DNA of 44,669 nt. Source: a virus. Positions 39,431-44,669 of this stretch are shown here, piece after piece. Position numbers and translations under genes: made by a program. The notes beneath the pieces are model-generated. The model made no database searches, was not told the DNA's origin, and saw nothing but the letters and a program-made list of their open reading frames with translations. Every line of letters begins with the position of its first letter. Positions within the stretch are counted from its first letter, which is position 1. The stretch lies in IMG/VR virus record IMGVR_UViG_3300046531_000422, one strand, 5' to 3'.

Positions 39431-40500
39431 TGATTCACGCATTTACATCATCTACTGTCAGTTATCTACCTAAAGTTAGATTGCTCGCAAAATCGCTTAA
39501 AGAGCATCATCCTGATGTTATTTTTCATTTGGTATTAGTAGATGAAACACCTGATTGGTTAAAATTAAAAAATGAGCCTTTTGATTCCATTATTCCATTA
39601 GATGGCCTTGAATTTATATATTATAAATACCAAAAAAATTCAAAACTCTGGAAACAATGGGTATTTTGTCATGATGTTGTAGAACTTTGCACAGCGATTA
39701 AACCTTTTGTTTTAAAATATTTATTAAACAAAGAAAACTGCACGGGTGTTTTTTATTTTGATCCTGACATTGTTGTTTTCTCACCATTAGATAACCTGTT
39801 TAAAGAACTTGAATCTTCCAGCATTTTGCTAACACCTCACTTAACCAAACCTGAAAAATCCTTAGAAGCTATTCTTGATAATGAACTTTGCAGCTTGAAA
39901 CATGGTATTTTTAACTTGGGTTTTATCGGTGTTTCTCCAACAGCAGACGGCATTTCTTTTGCTAACTGGTGGACAGAAAGGCTATATCATTTTTGCCGAG
40001 CTGATATTGCAACTGGACTTTTTACAGACCAGAAATGGATAGATTTTGTTCCTGTATTTTTTGATAACGTGAAGATTCTTAAATCTCCCAGATTCAATGT
40101 TGCTCCTTGGAATCTGACAAATCGTAAACTTTCAGGAAATTTTAAGACTGGTTTTAAAGTGGAAGGAGAGCCTTTAGGTTTCTATCACTTTACGGGTTTT
40201 GATAGCGGCGCACATAAAATTATGGCTGTGAAAAATGGTGGCTTTAATGAAACCGTTTTATCTTTAGTAGACTGGTATGAAAATCAAATTAAATCAGATC
40301 AGAAAGGAGACATTTCAAATACTAAATGGGTATTTGAAACGTTTTCAAATGGAGAAAAAATAATTAAAAAACAAAGAGAACTTTTTAGGGATAACGCGTA
40401 TTTAATTATTTTTCGCAATCCTTTTGATAGCGAAGGAGATTCGTATTATAAATGGCTTAATAAACATAAGATTAAAAAATTTATAAAAAATTTATTGTGA
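39430..40500 (+). CDS. Glycosyltransferase-like protein (GT-A fold, DxD)
   Basis: N-term Rossmann-like IHAFTSSTVSYLP, YFDPDIVVF (DxD), later FTDQKWID and NVAPWNL motifs reminiscent of GT8-like sugar transferases; recognition by eye. Confidence 0.5.
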   Translation: MIHAFTSSTVSYLPKVRLLAKSLKEHHPDVIFHLVLVDETPDWLKLKNEPFDSIIPLDGLEFIYYKYQKNSKLWKQWVFCHDVVELCTAIKPFVLKYLLNKENCTGVFYFDPDIVVFSPLDNLFKELESSSILLTPHLTKPEKSLEAILDNELCSLKHGIFNLGFIGVSPTADGISFANWWTERLYHFCRADIATGLFTDQKWIDFVPVFFDNVKILKSPRFNVAPWNLTNRKLSGNFKTGFKVEGEPLGFYHFTGFDSGAHKIMAVKNGGFNETVLSLVDWYENQIKSDQKGDISNTKWVFETFSNGEKIIKKQRELFRDNAYLIIFRNPFDSEGDSYYKWLNKHKIKKFIKNLL

Positions 40501-40527
40501 GCGAAAAATAGAAATACAGGATATAAA

Positions 40528-40707
40528 ATGCAAACCATAAAAGAATTCGTCAAAATATTGAACGGGAAAGGCAAATATTGTTCTGTTAAGTACTTAACCT
40601 ATCTTTGCTATAAGGGTAAATTGCCTGCAAAAAAAGTAGGTAGGATGTGGTTTATTGATGAAAAAGAATCTGTTAAGTATTTATCAAAATGTAGGAAGAT
40701 TAAATAA
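40528..40707 (+). CDS. Excisionase/MerR-type HTH_17 DNA-binding protein (59 aa)
   Basis: GKLPAKKVGRMWFIDEKESVKYL is the typical HTH_17 core; AGGA SD; below track cutoff. Confidence 0.55.
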   Translation: MQTIKEFVKILNGKGKYCSVKYLTYLCYKGKLPAKKVGRMWFIDEKESVKYLSKCRKIK

Positions 40708-41120
40708 TGACAATCTGGCATGATAATACTGAAATACCTAAACATGAATCTGATTGTTTTTATATAGTTATAGATAGTTTCTATGATAAAAATGGTCACT
40801 TTAAAGAAATGCGTGAAAAATTAAGATTTGGCAAATTTAGAAGAGATATAATTGATTTATTTATTCTTGATGAGAATGTAACACCATTTTCACATGTTAA
40901 AAAATGGGCATACGAAGAAGACATAATAAAAAGCGCATTTAAAGAACCTATTGGATATGCCATTAAACTTAATAAACCAGAAAGAAAATATTACTTTCAC
41001 GAACATAAAACATGTTTTGATGAACAACAAATTGTAGTTTATATAAATAAAGAAGATGCCAAATCAGCATGCGAATCATGTGATTCGCCAAAACCAACAA
41101 TTGTTCCTCTATATGACTAA
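40707..41120 (+). CDS. hypothetical protein (weak DUF551-like look)
   Basis: ATGA coupling; W-rich termini; weak. Confidence 0.5.
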   Translation: MTIWHDNTEIPKHESDCFYIVIDSFYDKNGHFKEMREKLRFGKFRRDIIDLFILDENVTPFSHVKKWAYEEDIIKSAFKEPIGYAIKLNKPERKYYFHEHKTCFDEQQIVVYINKEDAKSACESCDSPKPTIVPLYD

Positions 41121-41682
41121 AACTATTATTTTATCCTTAGCTTTGTGTTTTTTAACATCTGAGGCTATAGCTCAGAAATTCTCTACTGACGCATCATATG
41201 ATGTTTGTTTTACACCAGGACAGAATTGTACAAGCATGCTCGTTGATGAAATTCATAAAGAAAAGCAATCTATATTGGTACAGGCGTACAGTTTCACCAG
41301 CGTGCCTATTGCTAAAGCTTTAGTAGCAGCAAAACAAAGAGGTGTGGATGTAAAAGTGATTTTAGACAAATCGCAGTTCAAAGCTGAGAAATATTCAGCG
41401 TCAAAGTTTCTGGATAATCATGGAATTTCTGTCTGGATAGACTCCAAACCAGCGATTGCTCATAACAAGATTTTTATTTTTGGTGCTGATGCTATTGCTA
41501 CAGGCAGTTTTAATTTCACAAAAGCTGCTCAAGAGAAAAATGCTGAAAATTTGATCATCATTCATGATACTAATTTAAACGCCATCTACAAACAAAATTG
41601 GTTTAAAAGAAAAGAAGTATCTATTTTATTATCAAACTACAAGGAGAAACAAAATGCTCGTATTAACAAGGCTAATCGGTGA
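41113..41682 (+). CDS. Secreted PLD-family endonuclease (Nuc-like, single HKD)
   Basis: Signal peptide [21 protein letters not shown]; [32 protein letters not shown] = HxK...GSxN motif as in plasmid/Salmonella Nuc; start at Met20 of track ORF. Confidence 0.8.
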   Translation: MTKTIILSLALCFLTSEAIAQKFSTDASYDVCFTPGQNCTSMLVDEIHKEKQSILVQAYSFTSVPIAKALVAAKQRGVDVKVILDKSQFKAEKYSASKFLDNHGISVWIDSKPAIAHNKIFIFGADAIATGSFNFTKAAQEKNAENLIIIHDTNLNAIYKQNWFKRKEVSILLSNYKEKQNARINKANR

Positions 41683-41854
41683 ATCAATTATAATCGGCGA
41701 CAATGAAGCTACTTTAACGATTTTGGATATTGATAGAAGTAGAAATCAAGTAAGAATAGGAATAGAAGCATCTAGAGAAATTCCTGTTAATAGGAAAGAA
41801 ATTTATGACAGCAAAAAAGAAGATATGAAATTACAATCAACAGGAGAAATATAA
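41654..41854 (+). CDS. csrA: CsrA/RsmA-family RNA-binding translational regulator
   Basis: [16 protein letters not shown]...[21 protein letters not shown] aligns with E. coli CsrA MLILTRRVGETLMIGD...[27 protein letters not shown] SD. Confidence 0.9.
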   Translation: MLVLTRLIGESIIIGDNEATLTILDIDRSRNQVRIGIEASREIPVNRKEIYDSKKEDMKLQSTGEI

Positions 41855-42174
41855 TGCAAGAAAAAACACTTAAATTAATCAAATATACTGAACTTAAAAA
41901 GAAAATAGGAATAGCTTATATACTTCTATTTATATTTGGAATATTTGGTGCTCATAAATTTTATGTAGGTGAAAATACATGGGGAACATGTGAATTGATG
42001 TTGCTTTTCTTTTCATTTATATTTTTTATTACAGTTTCTCCAATAGGAATATTTTTTTTCATCCTATTAGATATAGCAGTATTTTGTGATATTTTTCTAA
42101 TACCATCCGCAATAAAAAAAGAGAATTTTAAAATTATGGCGAGCTTGGGTATTGACCCAACAGAAGTAAGATAA
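41854..42174 (+). CDS. TM2-domain membrane protein
   Basis: AYILLFIFGIFGAHKFYVGE motif; TAATG coupling to csrA. Confidence 0.75.
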   Translation: MQEKTLKLIKYTELKKKIGIAYILLFIFGIFGAHKFYVGENTWGTCELMLLFFSFIFFITVSPIGIFFFILLDIAVFCDIFLIPSAIKKENFKIMASLGIDPTEVR

Positions 42175-42343
42175 GTTAAATATCAATCATCTTAATTTTT
42201 TTAATGGTTTATCTTCAATTTTTTCTGTGGCGTAAATTACATCTTCTATAACGATATTTTTTTGAATAACATTCCAGTGTTTCAGACTCTGTCAACCCTC
42301 CATAAATCTTACATATTTTAACAATTTTTTCTTCTACAATTTT

Positions 42344-42757
42344 TCACCATAAATCCAATATAGATGAATATTCACATTTTTTAGCAGGCATCAGATAATC
42401 TTTTATTTTTTTGATAGCTTCTTCTGCACCATAAGCTACCAACGTTATATATCCTATTTTTTCCATTCTAACCAACCATATACCTTGCTCTTCTGTTAGT
42501 TTAGAAGTGGTCTTATTAGACCTTTTTAGCTCAATCCAAAGGCCATGCTTACCATTCGATGGATATGCTAAAAAGTAATCAGAAACGCCTGGTCTAACAC
42601 CTTGTGCACGCATGTTAATTGCCTCTCTAACATTCCTGGTTCCACCATTTGGAATAGCGAACAAATAATCTTTAGCGATAGGATGATATTGTGCCCATTC
42701 CCATAATGTTTTAGCTTCAGATGATTCAAGCGGACATTTTATCTTTACTTTTTTCAT
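42344..42757 (-). CDS. VRR-NUC domain nuclease
   Basis: PNGG...GVSDYFL...LWIELKR (PD-ExK) pattern typical of VRR-NUC. Confidence 0.75.
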   Translation of the reverse strand: MKKVKIKCPLESSEAKTLWEWAQYHPIAKDYLFAIPNGGTRNVREAINMRAQGVRPGVSDYFLAYPSNGKHGLWIELKRSNKTTSKLTEEQGIWLVRMEKIGYITLVAYGAEEAIKKIKDYLMPAKKCEYSSILDLW

Positions 42758-43073
42758 TTTGTTCCTCTTTTTCTATAATTGAACAAATCTTTTTTCTTAA
42801 TCCATCTATAAGATTATCTGAATTTATTTCAGGTAGAAAATTGATGTATTTTCTTAAAGAAGAACTATCATCCATAATCCAATCAATAGCATCTTCTCTA
42901 ATTGGATTTAATACTTTACATTTAATTTTAATGCCATCTTTCGATAATATCTTATTGAGATATTTTTTAGATTTAGAATCAGATAATGCTTGATCTATCA
43001 TTGCTATAATTAAATTAAATTCTGGTATTTCATAATCATTACTCTTTTTTACATAATCCTGATCCACCTTCAT
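42726..43073 (-). CDS. hypothetical protein
   Basis: Replication-module position. Confidence 0.5.
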   Translation of the reverse strand: MKVDQDYVKKSNDYEIPEFNLIIAMIDQALSDSKSKKYLNKILSKDGIKIKCKVLNPIREDAIDWIMDDSSSLRKYINFLPEINSDNLIDGLRKKICSIIEKEEQNEKSKDKMSA

Positions 43074-43074
43074 T

Positions 43075-43617
43075 TTATGTTCCTTTTTTTTGATTTAAAT
43101 AATGAGTAAAGCAATTTATCATTCTTTGGTCAAAATCCATTTTAGATTCTTCTAATGTTCTATTGCTATCTTTTCTTTTTTGTTTATAAATAAGTACTTG
43201 TTGATGCCAATAACATATTATTTTTTTATCATATCTATCACGAATACAGCGTTGAATTTGTAACTTATCTATTGGCCATCTATCGCTAATATTTGAACAT
43301 AAATAACGCGAAACCTCACACTCGTCAGTATCTCCATAGTCAATATAATGACACCTCATTTCATTTGATGTTAGAGGTATATCATCATTAGACTTTATAC
43401 TAAATTTTTTACATCTTGAAAGTATCTGTCCAGCATTTGGCATCTTTTCATCATCACATCGTTCCATGACAATTTTTACAATATGGTTCTCTTGATGCTC
43501 TAATTTTACAAACCATGCTTGATGCATTTCTTTTAATGATTCTGGTGTTATAAATTGATTATAGCTTCGCATTAAATCTTGAATCATTCTGTAAAATTGA
43601 TCTCTATTCAATTTCAT
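43075..43617 (-). CDS. hypothetical protein, possibly G39P-like helicase loader
   Basis: N-terminal pattern ...YNQF...WFVKLEH...IVKIV...MPNAGQIL resembles the loader N-domain; weak. Confidence 0.5.
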   Translation of the reverse strand: MKLNRDQFYRMIQDLMRSYNQFITPESLKEMHQAWFVKLEHQENHIVKIVMERCDDEKMPNAGQILSRCKKFSIKSNDDIPLTSNEMRCHYIDYGDTDECEVSRYLCSNISDRWPIDKLQIQRCIRDRYDKKIICYWHQQVLIYKQKRKDSNRTLEESKMDFDQRMINCFTHYLNQKKGT

Positions 43618-44203
43618 TGCTTATTTTTTCCCTTTCTTCTCTATCTAGACGCATTGCTGCTTCTAAAATGCTTTCCTTTTTTTCTTTTTTAATGACGGGA
43701 ATGGATTTATCTTCATCCTGCCATCTTTTACCACGCAAATAGGTTGTTGGATGTGGAATAAATGGATTCCCAGTCTGCCAATCAATCCTTTTAGACAAAT
43801 CATATAAAATTTCATCTATGCTCAAATGTATATTTTTACTTTTCCAAATTTCAAATGATTTTGATTTATTAACTTTTCTTGGGTATTTTTTCCAAAATTG
43901 TTCAAAAGATAATTTTTTTAGCAATCTTATATTTTCTTTTTCTTCTTTTTCTTCTTTATAAAGTATAAAAACCCATTTTGTTTCATATGAAAAATCTATA
44001 AGTTTATTAAACATAAGCTCATCTAAACATTTCTTAACAACTTTTTTGCTTAATGATAGATCAATCATTATGCATTCTTCATGTATTTCAAAAGCTCCAT
44101 CATAAAATTCAGTAGGTGGGCCAGAATATAAGTACAAAAATAATAATTTTGATTCATTTGAAAGCGAAATGAAATTATTGTTATACCAAATAGAACATGA
44201 CAT
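43604..44203 (-). CDS. Replication initiator/organizer-like protein
   Basis: FEQFWKKYPRKVNKSKSFEIWK...IPHPTTYLRGKRWQDE motif common in phage replication (DnaD/O-like) proteins; follows cro. Confidence 0.55.
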   Translation of the reverse strand: MSCSIWYNNNFISLSNESKLLFLYLYSGPPTEFYDGAFEIHEECIMIDLSLSKKVVKKCLDELMFNKLIDFSYETKWVFILYKEEKEEKENIRLLKKLSFEQFWKKYPRKVNKSKSFEIWKSKNIHLSIDEILYDLSKRIDWQTGNPFIPHPTTYLRGKRWQDEDKSIPVIKKEKKESILEAAMRLDREEREKISNEIE

Positions 44204-44252
44204 TTTAAAACTCCAAATAATTATTGATTATTTTTAATTCCTTAATATTTCC

Positions 44253-44477
44253 TTAAGGTTTGTGATGTATATTTTTATTTGCTGATCGAGATAAAAAACA
44301 TGCTTTTATTTTTCCTTCGGTGATTATTTCAATTTGATATGCTCTTTTTTCAGGTATTTTTTTCCACTGATATATAGCATTTCGATTGATTCTTAGATGA
44401 TTTGCTAGATTTATGATACTTCCAAAATAATCTAGCAATAAATTTAAATGCTTTATCTTTCTTACACGTTTTCTCAT
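44253..44477 (-). CDS. Cro/YdaS-like HTH regulator (start at Met34 of track ORF)
   Basis: LLLDYFGSIINLANHLRINRNAIYQWKKIPEKRAYQIEIITEG matches the YdaS/Cro pattern; divergent from the repressor. Confidence 0.7.
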   Translation of the reverse strand: MRKRVRKIKHLNLLLDYFGSIINLANHLRINRNAIYQWKKIPEKRAYQIEIITEGKIKACFLSRSANKNIHHKP

Positions 44478-44486
44478 AGTTTTAAA

Positions 44487-44525
44487 TTGATGGGTTAACC
44501 TTACAAAAAAGATAAAATACATCAA
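44487..44525. promoter_or_regulatory. Repressor/cro switch region: inverted TTGATG...CATCAA elements and GGTTAACC palindrome
   Basis: TTGATG 44487-92, GGTTAACC 44493-500, CATCAA 44520-25; possible interleaved divergent promoters (-10 GATAAA 44511-16 rightward; TAAGGT = 44498-503 leftward). Confidence 0.35.
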
Positions 44526-44542
44526 CTTTAAAAAAAAGGATA

Positions 44543-44669
44543 TAAAAAATATGAACTTTTCAAAAAGACTGACCATTAAAAGACATCAATTAAATTTTAC
44601 ACAAGATGATCTAGCAGAGCTGATTGGAGTATCTAGGGCAACAATAAATATGTGGGAAAATCCGGTATC
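44543..44669. repeat. Terminal direct repeat, exact copy of 1..127 (contains the first 119 nt of the repressor gene)
   Basis: Identical to 1..127 when read base by base. Confidence 0.95.

Noticed and set aside
42180-42343. Minus-strand reading frames downstream of VRR-NUC that could join into a ~50-aa ORF if the A7 run (near 42258-42264) lost one base
   Set aside because: No in-frame start codon exists for the upstream part. It is most likely a decayed remnant or chance. A weak AT-only hairpin with T7 (42167-42202) may simply terminate the rightward operon.
1-44669. CRISPR array, rRNA, transposon or IS element
   Set aside because: I saw no regularly spaced direct repeats with unique spacers, no rRNA-like GC-rich conserved blocks, and no transposase or terminal inverted repeats while reading both strands.

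Overview
The window is an AT-rich, complete and circularly closed genome of a contractile-tailed (myovirus-type) phage. Its first 127 nt recur exactly at 44543..44669, giving a unit length of 44,542 bp, so the CI-like repressor ORF at 9..689 is intact across the junction.

Layout:
- A divergent CI-like repressor (XRE HTH + S24 peptidase, +) and Cro/YdaS-like gene (-).
- A rightward early operon (853..4420) with a Sak4/AAA_24 ATPase and a DUF669-like gene.
- One long leftward late operon (30232 down to 4022): TerS, TerL, portal, scaffold, major capsid, neck proteins, sheath, tube, chaperone with a -1 frameshift, tape measure, a P2-like U/X, D, V, W, J baseplate set, two tail fibres, and a lysis cassette (GH108 endolysin, holin-like protein, i-/o-spanin candidates).
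- Rightward clusters of tightly packed small genes (30637..32931 and 36562..39430) driven by promoters that share a 13-bp palindrome. These clusters include several tandem paralogue families.
- A leftward cluster of small Cys/His proteins flanking a tRNA-Pro(UGG).
- A rightward accessory operon (39430..42174): glycosyltransferase-like protein, excisionase-type HTH, signal-peptide PLD/Nuc nuclease, CsrA homologue, TM2 membrane protein.
- A leftward replication module (44477 down to 42344) that includes a VRR-NUC nuclease.

The most interesting region is a roughly 1-kb ORF-free locus (35036..36067). Read on the minus strand, it resolves into two promoter-to-terminator non-coding units. One unit, about 195 nt, is GGA-rich and carries an exact duplicated UAGCGGGAUGG motif resembling a CsrA binding site. 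Together with the phage csrA gene, this suggests a phage-borne Csr/Rsm-type regulator plus RNA pair. This is inference only.

I could not recognise an integrase, transposase, protelomerase or partition genes. All functional calls come from motif recognition by eye, and no database search was run. ORF-track coordinates include the stop codon.
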